DNA of 64,000 nucleotides from Paragordius varius (Eukaryota > Animalia > Nematomorpha): assembly GCA_964247055.1 (NCBI GenBank), contig OZ176052.1, positions 5,518,001 through 5,582,000 on the forward strand, written 5' to 3'. Both the position numbers and the translations under genes were made by a program. Every line of letters starts with the position of its first letter. Within the stretch, counting starts at the first letter, position 1. Shown here piece by piece: positions 38,101 to 51,671 of this stretch. Under the pieces are notes generated by a model. The model was given only the letters and a program-made list of their open reading frames with translations. It made no database searches and was not told the DNA's origin.

Positions 38101-40429
38101 TTTATTAAAATTCCATGATTAAATGTTAAGTCTTTTATTTTTCATGACGTCAAAAAATTAGCTCTTTAGTTCATTTTGGATTTACCATATTTTTGGGATC
38201 ATATCTAAAATTTTGACAAAATATACCTCAATTTACATACTATGTATTCATATACTCTAAAATATTGAATAATAATATACACTTTTTATATGATAGTTTG
38301 GGCATATTTATTGGTACCGTACGTTACTAATTTCAATTACACCAAATACATCAATGGTTACGGTGAACTTTTATGCAAGTAAGTTATAATATATATTCAT
38401 AAATTATTACATTGTTAATTTTATTTTATATCCAATTTATACGCATCTGAACTAAGCTTATACAATTGGAAAAAGGGATAATAATGGCTTGATATTAAAA
38501 TTATGAATATTGGTTGTTACTTTAAAGTTGTAGACAATGTTTACCAATTAATTTTTTTTAAGTTTTCTAATATAATGAGCCACCCTTTAATTTTTCTGGA
38601 TTAAAAACGCCTCTCATCGACATTATCCGAAAATTTTTATTTTTTAGAGTCAAAGCAATCAAGACCAATTATACATATAAATAAAATATTTTATAACTAA
38701 TCTTATTATTTAAGAGCATCAAAAAAGCAAAGTATACTAACGAGAGAAAATGTTGAAATTGCTAAATGTATAGAAACCTATATATTTCCTTATAATGCGA
38801 TGAATGAAAAAACTAAACATCAAACCACCAATCAAGCCGCCGAAGATAAGAATGAACGGAGTGCATTATCCAATTGTTATGACATTTACAACAAATTAAA
38901 GGTTACCTTTTTTTTGGAATTTATTATTAAAAATAATTAAAACGATTATTTGAAGTCATAAATTAATTATATTTTAAATTTCAAATCAAATCCGATATTA
39001 TTTAATTTGATGCGAACATTTTCTTTGAGCTAAATAATTTTACTGTTTAACAAATTACTCTCATCTTAGAATGTTGAGAATTTGACAAAAGATGATTTAA
39101 CATCATTACTTCCCTCTCTATTGAAGAGATTTGGTAAGAGTTCTGTTAGGGATTACGGATATTCCGATTTCAAAAACCCGGTTAGAATTTCTCTTGCTGA
39201 TGATGTAAGTTTCATTACACATTATTTAACATAAAATTATTTGACAAAACTATCTTTAAAATTTCACATTTGATTTTAGTTGTTCTGATTTTATTTAATT
39301 ATAAGTGTACTCAAACTTACCTATTTATAATTTACCATTTACAGTTCGAATTCATCCTCCAACAATTCAAATTCTCCCTAAAATAAATTATGTGTTTTTT
39401 TAAGTCAAAAATACCTATATTTTTTATATTTTTACCAAATAACATGTTGTTTTAATATTAATAAAATACGGAAAAATAATAAACTATGCCATAAGAATAT
39501 ATTTTATATGACTGATAAGTTATATTAGCCCGAAACAGGTAATTTATGTTTAGGGTAAATTTGAATTGTTCAAGGGTGAATTTAAATTGTGAATGCTATA
39601 TTAATAAGCATTTATAGCATTATACGTTGGCTAATCTTGTGAAAAATTATATTTGTTAAAATACGTTATTTACAGTTTTTATCCGTTTGAATGTCAATGA
39701 AAATTAGGATTTTTATTCTCAATAAATTAACTTTGCTGGACTAATAATCTTGTCATGTCTACAAATAAATAAGAATCACGAATTGAGCCTAAATCTTATG
39801 TTTAAATTTATATACACACTTTTAATTTATATTTTTTTAGATTTGTCATACGATTTTGGATTGTTACAATATTCATCCCAGTGCTACTGGAAATATCTTA
39901 AAAAGCATTATACCTAAATGTCCAAAAGAAACATGGTATATTAATTATTTTATCTTATATTTTTTAATTTAAAATACGTATATATGAATTTTTTTTATAC
40001 CATTTGCAGTCGATTTTTAGCTCACCTCAATAGGGGTTGGGATACTATTGTACAGAATTATACATGCACAAAAGGATTCAACAATCTGATCAAAATTGCT
40101 CAATCATCCTTATCTAAAACTTCTTTACTAGAAGATTCTGAGAAACAGGAAGCTAATCGAATATGCAAAGTAAATGTGCATGAATAATACGCGTATATTT
40201 ATTTTAACGCGAAGCAAAAATATAATCTAATCAAAATTTCTATTGATTTAATACAAATGTTTTTATACACCCCCAAAAAAATAAATTTACGCAACTTTAT
40301 AACATTTTCTGATCCAAAATAAGTCTCTTCATTGCCCATAGTTTGGGTTATTACAAAGGGTTGGTTTTTATTTAAAAAGTTTTCATTTTTTTCCTATTTA
40401 ATTAAATGACTAACTCTAATCATTTTCAT

Positions 40430-40484
<55 letters not shown>

Positions 40485-43070
40485 CTCTTGCTCAAAAAAT
40501 TACCAATTTCAGCAATAACTATAAATGCCGTAAAGGAACTTATTATAAAAGTTCATGCGATGTCGGGACAAACGGTCTTTGGAATTTCATAAAAATGTTT
40601 ACATTTTATTCCTTTTTGTTGCTTGGCATTGCTTTTTCACTCTTGCATTATGATACAAAACTTCGTACGGATCCTGAAAATTCTTGGGGTAATTTTTTTA
40701 TATTTTATTTTTTTTACTTATTAATGATTTCGGCGCGTATGCTAATTTAAATATATTTATATATAAATAGATAGTATTTTGGTCCCAGTTGTTTTAAATA
40801 TATTTGAAATTATTTTGCGCTTTTTTTGAAATAAAATTAATGTTTTATCACAATTAGCAGCGGATTAGTTGTTAGAATTGTTCAAAAACCCTAAATTTTC
40901 AACATGTTTTGATAGTTAACACAAGTGTCAATAAATTTTAATTTTAAAATGACATTGTGTAAAATCTGCTAAAGCTAGTAGCAATTTAAATTTATCCTTT
41001 ATCATAAAATGTTACTTTAATCCAAAATATTTACATTTATTTTGAGAAATTAGTTCCATATAATATAAACTCTCTAAGTATTGTGTTGTATGAATTCTAC
41101 GGCTATTTGATTATATATTTTGTTAAATACTTAAAGTAATTACAAAAAAAACAAATAACGGTGAAATGAGCAAAATACTTAGCTTATGCCCTCATTTAAT
41201 GCTCTTTTTAATTTTGCTTCTGTTTAAAGCATAAAAGGTTGTATGCCATTTCGGTGTATTTTTTAATATTTTGGTGCATTAATGTTTTATATGTAACTTT
41301 TGAAATGGATACAATACGTTCTATACTCATATTATATTTACGGGTTCACGAGCCCAATATGTATTCGAAAGACATTTGATTCTATTAAACGTTAATAATA
41401 TTTTTAGAGGTGTTTTGTGCTAGAGACATCTTTGTTAAATAAGATCTCTTGTAATTCCCCTTTTATGTTTATTTACCAAAGATATATTATCCTTTTTAGT
41501 GCTAAAGTTGGAACATAAAATCGATGAATTAGGATACCGGCCACACGTGGAACGTTTGGAAAAGAATGTTGAATATTATTTTGCGCAAGGGGAAAAGTTT
41601 ATTTATATTATTATCAATATAATAAATTTTGCCTAGATTATTTAATCGTTTATAAAGATTTAATCCTCTTTACGTTCTTTTTAATTAATAATTTTTGACT
41701 TTTTAATTTGCGAACGCATGACTATTTTTATCCAAAAAAATTAGTTACATTGTTTATATTTATATCTCCCAGTAAATTGCTTTTCTCAAATGTTAATAAG
41801 CATAAAATATAAGCTATAATTAAATTGACAAAAAAATATTTTTCATTTCAAACATAGAAAATATAAAATTTTGAAACGCAAATTTGACAAAGAATGGGAA
41901 CCACAGATCAAAAAATATTCCATCCAGGTTAAACATTATGCTTATTTGGCCTATGTCAAATCCCTTCCATATCAACGTCAAGCTATTGAATTGGCGCATA
42001 GATACTTAATATTGGTAAGTGTGGATAAATTTATTGAATTTTGCCATCACACTATAGTATTTTTTTGCAAAATTGTGAATCGATATTTATGTTTTTAAAT
42101 TGGTCAAAAGGAGACTATGATTAATATTGTATCCATTGCGCAAGAAATACAGATTTAGCATCATACATGCACAATCTAGGATAATAGTATTTGAATAGAA
42201 TGCCTTTTAGTACATTATTTAATATATGAAAGGAAACAATTTATATTGGTAACCCCCAAAAGGGAAATTGCCTTATAGATTATTTTATAAAATTAATTAA
42301 TGCATTGCATTCCTTTTACGTGTCCAATTAATATCCCCTTCATTTCCAAACTTTTATATGCTAATAGCGCCTTCATATTGATCTAATTCTGACTTAAATA
42401 ATATTTGTACCATCTTCATTAAGGTTTTAATTATATTTCTTTCTATATATATATATATATATATATACATTCTTATTAACGTCATTCATATATCCTCTGT
42501 ATAGTTACACAAAACAACACTCTTTCTCTATAATACTTATCTTGTACCTGCCTTAAATCATGTATTGACGTATGATTGGAGTTCTGAAAATTTATCAAAA
42601 CAAGCTCATCACCTTTACCAACGTGTGGAAAGTATGATATTCATTCTCAAATTTCACAAATTATATTAATCATTAATAATAGTTAAAAATATTAATTTTA
42701 GGTTATGCATGTTTTTTAAATATTTTTTGCACATAATAGAGATGCTTATGGTAAATTGAATCACAGTGGATCCAAGAAATATGGTGTAAAATCCAGTAAT
42801 CTTCAATATCTGTTCCAAAATTATATTGTATAATTATTACAAAAACTAGATAATTTGGTTTTTTTATTTTATAATAAATTGGTGTTTTTTTGTTTCTATA
42901 TTTAACCTTTACACTTGTACTCAGATTATTTGGTTATAATTTTTATATTATATATATTATCCTTGGGGTGCTGTTATAAATAGAATATAAATATATTATG
43001 TGTGTATATATTACCACAGTAAAGAGATTATCACATGCATTATCGGATATCAGACACTCTTAGAAGTTAT
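35150..43070 (+). CDS. TMEM214: Transmembrane protein 214-like, multi-exon; 3' end approximate
   Basis: N-terminal WETVGKK; LRELYNNSYDLFPNNSIVWLKDISFLISKKL (recalled family pattern SIWLKDLASYL); later exons include a TM-like FTFYSFLLLGIAFHSC. The last exons are uncertain. Confidence 0.7.
35633..36199 (-). mobile_element. piggyBac-like MITE family 1, copy C (TMEM214 intron)
   Basis: TTAA|CATTTGGATACAAC...ATCGAAGTG|TTAA; reverse orientation to 18921. Confidence 0.85.
37801..38028. mobile_element. TA-flanked near-perfect hairpin MITE
   Basis: TA|CAGTCATGTATCC...GGATACATGACTA|TA with ~90 bp arms; the first 11 nt are identical to the 22275 element. Confidence 0.8.
39333..39598. mobile_element. 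Hairpin MITE with AATTCACCCT-type repeats (copy 3)
   Basis: taccatttacagttcgaattcatcct...agggtgaatttaaattgtgaatgcta. Confidence 0.6.
40435..40482. repeat. (TA)n microsatellite
   Basis: Pure TA run; others at ~13290-13323, 15200-15224, 26520-26559 and 42445-42466. Confidence 0.9.
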
Positions 43071-43883
43071 TTAGCTAGCTGAAATCCTTATCTCTGGTAA
43101 AAATATTTTTTGGTTAAATTTGATAATGGTTTTGTGGTGTCTGCTAAATTAATATGTATTCTGACCAGACAGACGCTTAAATATTTATGGGTATTTTTTT
43201 ACATATATAGCCTTAAACAAATATGTGAATACCATTAAACTTACCTATTATTTGATAATGAACTTTGTCATGTTGGTTATTTTTAGGCCAGAGATGAGAT
43301 TGGTAAATGTAAATTAAGGATTAAAAAATGTCTGTAAAATTTTACAAAAATAGAGCTATTCTACGCTACACACTTTATACTAATTAAATAAATTGTTTTT
43401 TTCAGGCGCTTACATTCCTCCTAATATATTTATATATAGATTAACTTAAAAAATATTTGTAGAGTTAACAGCACCTTCTATTATTAAATATTTATCGATA
43501 ATAGGTATGTTTTCTTAGAATCATTCATTGCCTTTTAATATCTATAGCAGAGTATATTTTTCAATTCATTTCATAAAATCTTACAAAATTTTAAATATTT
43601 GTATAAAATGATTAATGATAAAATGAACAACATGCATGATGTGCCGTAAATGTACATTCTTTGTGTTACATGTACATGAAAAAACTTTTTAGGGCAACCC
43701 ATATAAATTATTTATAATTTTTTTATGAGATCGATGATTATGATTATTTTTTCCATTAAGAAGAACCCTAAAAAGCAATATTACATAATTTTTGGAAATT
43801 TCATCATTTTATCCAACATAACATATTTATAATGTTTGTTTTCATTTTCTGTGTCACCGATTTCTGAATTCCTTCGGTAACCA

Positions 43884-45167
43884 ATGTTAATCAGTACCAT
43901 TGGATCTTTGAACAGTGTTCGCAATACTTCAGACTATGAGCTCTTGAATGCTTGTGAACTCTCAAAATTAATTGATAGACAAGATCAATATCCAAATGAT
44001 ACTTATGATTCGTTTGAACGGAATCACAATGATATGGAATTGGTTTACTTTAAATATTTGCTACCGGTTTTAGCTGCAATCGGAGTGTTTGGTAATTTAG
44101 CTTTCATTTACATCTCAACTAAGGTTAAACAAAGGCCCAATTACTACTTTTACATTTATACTAATGTGGCATCGGATCTCATCTATTTTTTTAACATTTA
44201 TCTCTGGCCAATAGCCTACTATCAAACGCCTAATTTTGGGATCCATAGTAAAGCTTATATATGGTATTTCACTCACATTACATGGTTTGCAGTTCGTCTC
44301 GGTTTGAATAGCGTTAATTTATTCACGATGATTATAGCTGTTGATCGAGTAATTGCTATATCTAATCCCATATTCTACACCATACATATAACTAGACGAC
44401 GGATACGAATGATATGCTTAGGTACGGTCATTTTTAATATTATAAGTTGCATACCACACAGTTTCCGTCTTTCGATGCGTAAAAAATATTTATTAGTGGG
44501 GGAAGAAAAAATTCCTAAAGCATTTTATATGGTTGATCCGCGGTACAATGATTGGGAACCAATTTTCGAAAAAGTTTTAGGTGTTTTAGTTTTCCTCATA
44601 CCTACTCTGGTAACGGTTATAGCTGATGTGTATATGATGTGTCCCTACGTACCCAAGAAAATTAAGGAACTGAGAAAAAAGTTAAATGATAACTTGAAAG
44701 AAAATGGGGATATAGAGGCTTTAGGGGAAATATGTTCACCTGTTCAGCCTCAAAATGGACACGCTTTGCCAGACGTGATAATTGGAGACGAATTATCACC
44801 AAACCCGGTTGATGCGAATAAGTTTATTAACAAGAATAAACACATTGAAACTTACAAAACTATAGCGGAAACTGTGATTAGAAACAAAAGTAAAAACATG
44901 CTACTCGTACAATGTCTCACAATGATGCTTTTCAATTTCCCATACATGATTCTCATCTTTAGTTTGGGTGATTGCTTTTATTATCAACATTGGAAACGAT
45001 ATCCCATTTACTTGGTTTTAACACAGCTCCGTTACCTTAACCCAATATTTAACGTGTATATTGTCTTTCTTTTTGATGTCAATTACCTTAATGTTGTAAA
45101 GAATATGATTGCCTCGTGTTGCCACAAATCACCGAAACTTACCAATAAAGTCGATATTGTGGCTTGA
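43884..45167 (+). CDS. Intronless class A (rhodopsin-like) GPCR, probably peptide-receptor type
   Basis: 427 aa with seven hydrophobic segments: GVFGN (TM1), VASD (TM2), AVDRVIAI (TM3), CIP (TM4), LIP (TM5), FNFPY (TM6), LNPIFN (TM7). Confidence 0.9.
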   Translation: MLISTIGSLNSVRNTSDYELLNACELSKLIDRQDQYPNDTYDSFERNHNDMELVYFKYLLPVLAAIGVFGNLAFIYISTKVKQRPNYYFYIYTNVASDLIYFFNIYLWPIAYYQTPNFGIHSKAYIWYFTHITWFAVRLGLNSVNLFTMIIAVDRVIAISNPIFYTIHITRRRIRMICLGTVIFNIISCIPHSFRLSMRKKYLLVGEEKIPKAFYMVDPRYNDWEPIFEKVLGVLVFLIPTLVTVIADVYMMCPYVPKKIKELRKKLNDNLKENGDIEALGEICSPVQPQNGHALPDVIIGDELSPNPVDANKFINKNKHIETYKTIAETVIRNKSKNMLLVQCLTMMLFNFPYMILIFSLGDCFYYQHWKRYPIYLVLTQLRYLNPIFNVYIVFLFDVNYLNVVKNMIASCCHKSPKLTNKVDIVA

Positions 45168-45662
45168 ATTACTGTCATTGTCATACAATATCCAATTATC
45201 TCTTTTTCAATTATTTTTATCATTTATTACTTTTCTATCGTTAATATACAACATTTAATAAGTTTTTTATGTATTAATTTTGTGCTCATCAAAATATTTC
45301 TCTGTTTAATGTCTGTGTTTGATATTGTAAATTTTTTTATTGTTTTAATAAATTTTTATCGGCTAGTTAGATTTAGAGTCATATTTAATCCTTTTTTTTC
45401 ATTGTAATTTCTGTTTAATTTTTGGCTATAATTAGTCAGTTCTTTCATATAAAATTAAAAACCCATATTTTATTAAGCTTTTATGTTTAAAATTTTATTA
45501 GGCAAATTGTCAAGGACATAATTAGTGGGTAGAAATTATATTTAAGAGATAATTTATGGCCTAACTAGGTGTCAACCATCACGTTTTATTAAGTCCCGAA
45601 AACGATAATTAAGAAATTCGGTTGCAATGCGCTTTTAGATAAAATCAGTATTAATTAAAAAA

Positions 45663-46440
45663 CACGGCGTCCAAAATCTGGGGGTGTAAAAATATATTGA
45701 TGAAATGATAGGAAATATAAAGAATATTATGGTGGTTTTGGTCCTTACGAGTGATATAAGAAGGTTATATCACTTTGACTGCTTTATATTTGAAAATAAC
45801 AAAATTTGCGTACATTTTATTTAATAAGTTTTTTTGGCGGATGCTCATGCTTCATTACGAAAATTATGACTAATATATATTATAAACTACATATAAAATG
45901 CAAATCAATAGACTTTTTTTATATATGATAGTTCTCTTAAAATAAAAGCAAAAATGCCAATATATTTCACGATAAAATATTTTAATTTTGCTAGGTTATG
46001 GCATCAAAAATATTTATAAAAAATGCATACGTTGTTCAAAAATTTAATTTTTAGCAAAATTATTTTGAAGCGTACTTTATACAATTTTGAGGCATGTTGG
46101 AAACGGTATAAAACGCTTTAAAATATTTAAAAAAAACACTTTCCATATAATTAGATGATGCTGAACATTTCTATCGCCTCATAAATCAAATTTAATAGTT
46201 TGCTTTTAAATTAATGTAAATTTTTGTAAAAACAATTGTATTTAACAAAAATTTTCAAACGAACAAATATTTTAATGAAACATCTGAGATAGAAATTAGC
46301 ATAATTGAATCATATGGAAAAGTGTATAATCTTAGGTATTCAAGATACCATGAAACTCGCTTCACCAAAACTCTTAAAAATTATTAAGCTAAATATTCCA
46401 TTTTTGGATACGATGTCAAAATTTAACATATATCCCGCGA
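45663..46440. mobile_element. Partial copy of the 7974 foldback family
   Basis: Starts cacggcgtccaaaatctgggggtgtaaaa (7974: tactgcgtccaaaatcgggggtataaaa); colinear through gaaacggtataaa. Right end approximate. Confidence 0.65.
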
Positions 46441-48001
46441 AAAATTTATAATCTATAATTTGCGAAAACATGATCACTAATGGTAAAATTCATATCCTTA
46501 GACAATTTTTCTAAATAAATCTATCCAAATGGCAAGAACGAAAAAAATGTTGAATTCCGTTTTCTGTTTAAAATCTTAAGTTTGGTTGGTATTTAATGCC
46601 CATATATATTATAAATGCGGCCCTGCGTAATTTTTGAGTAAAAATGCGGCTCGCAAAGCCATTTGTTGGGCACCCCTATAAAGTTTAACATTGATGTCCA
46701 AAACACGATTGAAATGAATATATTAAAATAAAATATTAACTATTCGGTAAAATATAGCCTAAAAGTTAAAGTTAATTATTTTTCTATATAATATACATCT
46801 ATTTGCCTGTTATATCGGCGATTCACTCCAAGACCTTTGGGTTTAACACCAGAGCGATTTAAGATTTTGAATAAAAAATATAAGGTATACGGGAATTAAA
46901 ATTATGCTTTTAGCCTTTTAGGCGCTTCCACAAAAATTTGTTTAAAAAAAGTAAAATTGTAAAAAAATCCTCACTCAATTTCATTTTTTTTAATTCGCTA
47001 ATGCAACATTCAAATATTTTAATATCAGCTGTTCGTTTCAATCATGTTTTGGACCAAGTGATAACAAGTAAAGGGTGATGCGTCGGAAGATCGTTGGCCT
47101 GCCGTCAAAGCATTCCCTACCCACCCGTAACGCATTGGAGGTTGGGTTTGATGTTAGTAATGCCTTTATGTTAGATGTTAGTGTGTTCATTTGAAATAAA
47201 GTAAATTTCGCCGTGTTGCGTATGTAAAAGTAATTGACCTTGTATAACCGTACAAATAGGCTTAAATTCCTTTTCAGTAATGTCAAAGGTCTATGTCGAG
47301 TCAAATGTAGAGTTTATTTTAATATCTTATCTTTGGTGCAAAAGGGGTCCTTATTTGCTTCTAAATGAGTGTGGCCTTTAAAGTAGACCAATTTTAGAGA
47401 TATTAAACGTCACTAGTGTCAACGTTACCCCTTAATGCGACTATGTTTCAGCTATACCTTAAACTAGGACGCTAATCTGGGATAATTAACCGTTAACCCT
47501 TTAACTAAGTATACTTCAGCCAACATAAATACCGAATATTGGTAACCTGTTATATATAAACGGCTTAGACATTGCTTCCCAGGACTTACGTGGTTGGCAA
47601 GTAGCGTCAGAGTTATATCTTGAATGGCTTGAGTTTTTAACGGTACATTAAAGAATGTGACACACATTTAGAGACAATCCACAATATTAACCATAGTAAT
47701 TTATGCGCTTTCCATTAACAAAATTAAATGTAAATATTTGTCATCAATTACTGACTCATTTCCAAAGAGTGATATATTTAAACAAAATATATACTTTAAT
47801 CCAGCAGATATGAATGAAAATTTAAAAATAGACTACCGCTGCAATCAAACCATTTTATCTGTCAGAGTAAAATGTCCTGCTCAAAAAATATGTCGAAAAT
47901 TGCTAATCTGCCCCTCTCAAACATCAGCGGCTTTAATATCATCACACATGTTAGGCAAGTAGTATCGTCAGAGGATCCACCATGGCTTTTTGTATTAGCG
48001 G

Positions 48002-48131
48002 CAGTGGTGATACTACGTACAGCTTGGGAGCAGTGCGGGGCGGTCCAAAGGCAAAACAGGGGCCCTTTTTTATTCTTTTTATAAAATGTAAAAATCCCCC
48101 TCCCCCTTTATTTTACAGGGCGGGGCCCAAA
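48002..48131. mobile_element. GC-rich hAT-like terminal fragment
   Basis: CAGTGG start with GGGGCCC motifs in AT-rich context; no partner end found. Confidence 0.3.
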
Positions 48132-48297
48132 GTTTATTAACTTTTTTATCTACTATATATGTTATTAAGGATAACTTGATTGTAATTATACTGGCAACGA
48201 ATAGTGAATTATTATAAAATAAAGCGAAAAATGCATTATTTCACTATCTCAATAAACGGTTTCAATATAAGTAGGTATTAATTATTTCATCTTTTAA

Positions 48298-48842
48298 CAC
48301 TTCGATTTGAATTGGGGTATCTAAATACTTCAGACAATAATTAAGTTGATGTTTTTAAAAATTACTGAAAGAAACGGTGCCAATTTAAATTTATGCTTCT
48401 ATCCTAATAAAAAATATATAAATAAGCCGAGATATCTATATAATAAAAAGTTCCATATAAAACTACTTGGACCCCATTTTTATTCTACAACATTCTCCCA
48501 AATCTTATTTATTTAATTCTAAGCCTAAGACTTAGTTATTTTATTAAAATCACATTAAACATTGATATTAACAGCAAAAGTGGTTTATTTTGCATTTTGT
48601 ATTTAGCATGTGCACACACGTCATATTGGCTAAACTATTAGCTTTGGGTTTAACCTTAAAATAAGTAATTTCAAGTATTTTTAAATGAATATTTTTAATA
48701 TTTGGTTCAATGTTATATGAGGGCAAACTTTTGCCCTTGTTTCAATCCATGTTTTTTTAAATATTTAATTTTAAACAAGCATGGGGTATCTAACTACCCT
48801 AACTTGAATTGAAGGACGGAATGAATGTATTGTATCCAAGAG
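48298..48842 (+). mobile_element. piggyBac-like MITE family 1, copy D
   Basis: TTAA|CACTTCGATTTGAATTGGGGTA...GTATCCAAGAG|TTAA. Confidence 0.8.
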
Positions 48843-49881
48843 TTAATTCAACCAATTTTTGAAAAAAGTGAGAAAATGTTAAAAAAATATAGATGGTTGA
48901 CACCAAAAATTAAGTGCTTATAAATTTTTAAGTCCTAAAATTATGTACGCTATGAATATTGTAATTAAAAATTATTTTCAATTTTATGACAATTCAAGCA
49001 AAATTTTGACAATGAATAAAATATATATATAAAATGCTTAAGCAAAATGGAGAAAACAAAATTTTTAAATATGATTATATGATTAATCTACAACACTGCC
49101 CAATTTTAATTCAATCAAATGTATTTGAAAATTACATATTCTTGATTTAATCTTTTTCATCCAATTATCCGCCATTTGCGCCTCAAATAAGGATAAATTA
49201 CTCAATCATTATTCAATTATCATGCTATTAATAAGATATTTAATTATTTTTAACTAAAAAAGAACGTCTAAGATTAAGGATTGGCGGTTAGAGTGGGCGG
49301 GTGGGTACAAACCATCATATTTTAAATACAGGCACGCATAAATTTTAGACACAGAATGCCAAGTTATGGAAGTATTATTATTTTAAATACAAAGTATTCT
49401 TTACGAATCTAAGTAATGCGCTTGGTGAAAAGATAACTGCAAACAAATTGGTCATGCTTTTAGTCAAAACTCACGGGGACCACACTCAAAATATAGGGTA
49501 TCTATTTTTTTGGTAAGAAGGGACCAACATTTATAGTTCCTAAACTTATTAGCGCATGAGAGATTGCGCGTAGCATGAAAGCAATACAAAATATCAACCA
49601 TAGTGAATGGTATTTACCGTTAATAAGTTATAAAATTGGTATAAATTATATTTATCAAAAAATAATTATTCACAAAGATGGATTTTAAAGTGAAAAATCA
49701 GTATATCTTAATCGATAGTGGAATTAACAAAAATAAACTACCAAGTTAAAAAAAGCCATTCTACTTGTTAGGTCCACCTTTTGTCAAGCTTTTGTAGAAT
49801 CTATAATGGGATTTTGAGCTACAAAAGAGCTTCTTTATTCTATAGGTGTGTTTATAAACAGGAAAGCATTTCAGCGATAAA

Positions 49882-50424
49882 CACTTCGATTCGAATTGGG
49901 GTATCTAAATACCTCAATAAGTAGATATTTTTGAAAAACTACTGAAAAAAACAGTCCTTTAAATTTATGCTATACTAATAAAATTCGTATAATAAGCCAA
50001 AATATCCAAATATTAGTTCTGAAAAAAGTTACATATCAAATTATTCGACGCCATTTTTATTTTACAACATTTTTGAAAAATATCGTGTTTTAATTTTAAA
50101 GCTAAAATTGGAGCTACTTTTTTATTTATCACATCTATCATTGATAGGAACATAAAAAGTGGTTTATTTTTGTATTATCTTTTAATTTTGCTAATACACA
50201 CATGTCATGTTGGCTTAATTTTTAGCTTTGGGTTTACCTTTATATATATTATATCAAATATTTCTGAATAAATTTTTTTTATATTTCGGTTCATTGATGT
50301 AATATAAGTGCAAACCTTTGCAATGGTCGTAATTTTATTGATAGTTTTTTAAGTAATTTATTTTAAACATGACTGAGGTATCCAACTTTGCGAGGGGCTG
50401 AAATGAATGTGTTGTATCCAAGTG
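49882..50424 (+). mobile_element. piggyBac-like MITE family 1, copy E
   Basis: TAAA|CACTTCGATTCGAATTGGGGTA...GTATCCAAGTG|TTAA. Confidence 0.8.
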
Positions 50425-50449
50425 TTAAATAATAGAGATTATATTTTGG

Positions 50450-51305
50450 TAAGTGGGGTACCTTATTGGGAAGTATGATCGTGTTTTGGAGATGTCGCTA
50501 TTTTAGACTCTAGAAGTCACACTATAAAAATATAAGCTTCAAATACAGGAGACCAATGTTTGATAATTAAATATTAACTAAAATAACTTTCATAAAATTT
50601 TAAAAATTGACTGGAAACTACCCCAATATGTCATTGCCAACAAAAAAGCGAAAAGATTATTTTAAAAAGATAAAAAGAAAAATATGGCGACAAAAAGGTT
50701 TGAGATGAGGAATTTTTAAAATTCTAATTTAGAAAAATATTTTTTGAGGCATGCGCCTAAGATAAAAGCATATTTTGGAATTCTAATACCTTAAATTTGC
50801 AAGATATAATTGCTCTGTGAAATAATACCCGTAATGAAATGTTAACCCATTACCTTTTGGGATAGTTTTATATCCCATAGCGATTTGAAATTCGAATATC
50901 ATATGAACTAGTTAAGATATCAAGTTATAAAAATATGTTTTATTTAGCCTTTTAGGCGCATTATACAAAATTTTTTTTAGTAAAATCCTCATATCAAACT
51001 TTTTGCCATTTTTTTCTATAATATTTTTATATCAATGAACGTAAGGTTAGAAAAATGGAATAATTAATAAGAATCAGGCTAAATTTATCCGTCAAACTTA
51101 ATAAATTTTGTTTCAATCGAGTTTAGGACCTGTTCTGATTTTAAACTCTAGAAGTCACAAAACTGTAACAATATAGGCTTTTTTCTCTAATATATAAGCA
51201 AAGTGTTTAATTTATTATATATAAAGTAGCTTTCATAACTATATTTACAAATTGCGCTCCTACCCCAAAAGGTAAACTAGGACAAAAATTAGGAAGGTAA
51301 GTAAT
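50450..51305. mobile_element. Rearranged or degenerate family 2 MITE pieces
   Basis: 50846 onward reads ttaa|cccattaccttttgggatagttt, colinear with the 59143 copy; 50450-50845 holds family 2 half-segments in mixed orientation. Confidence 0.55.
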
Positions 51306-51671
51306 AAAAACTTTCTTAAATGACTTGTAAGGGCCAAAACAAAAACCACAATTTTATTCGTGATAAATTTTCCTACTAGATGATATATTTTATCAGGATA
51401 TTTACTGATCGCAGTGCATAGTATATAACAAATTTAAGTGATATTTTAGGAATGAAGCATTTTTTACCAAAAAATTTATTAGCAAAATAGCGCCAATTTT
51501 TGATACGGATAAATTATCACCAAAGTGATAACTTTGTTATATCACTCGTGCAAAACCATGAGCACCATGAGAATCATGATCCACCTATTTTTTAAGTTAT
51601 AAAAGCAAAATGTTTAAATTACACAATTTTATAATATGTTTCAGTGTGTGAATGATTATTAGTGCGACTAT

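Noticed and set aside
47306-47666. Solo LTR (TGT...ACA, AATAAA and TATA on the minus strand); ORFs 47038..47304 and 47464..47667
   Set aside because: No TSD, primer-binding site or polypurine tract, no second copy and no retroelement protein motif.
47738-48084. hAT transposase C-terminal remnant
   Set aside because: Only vague resemblance; no diagnostic dimerisation-domain motif could be read.
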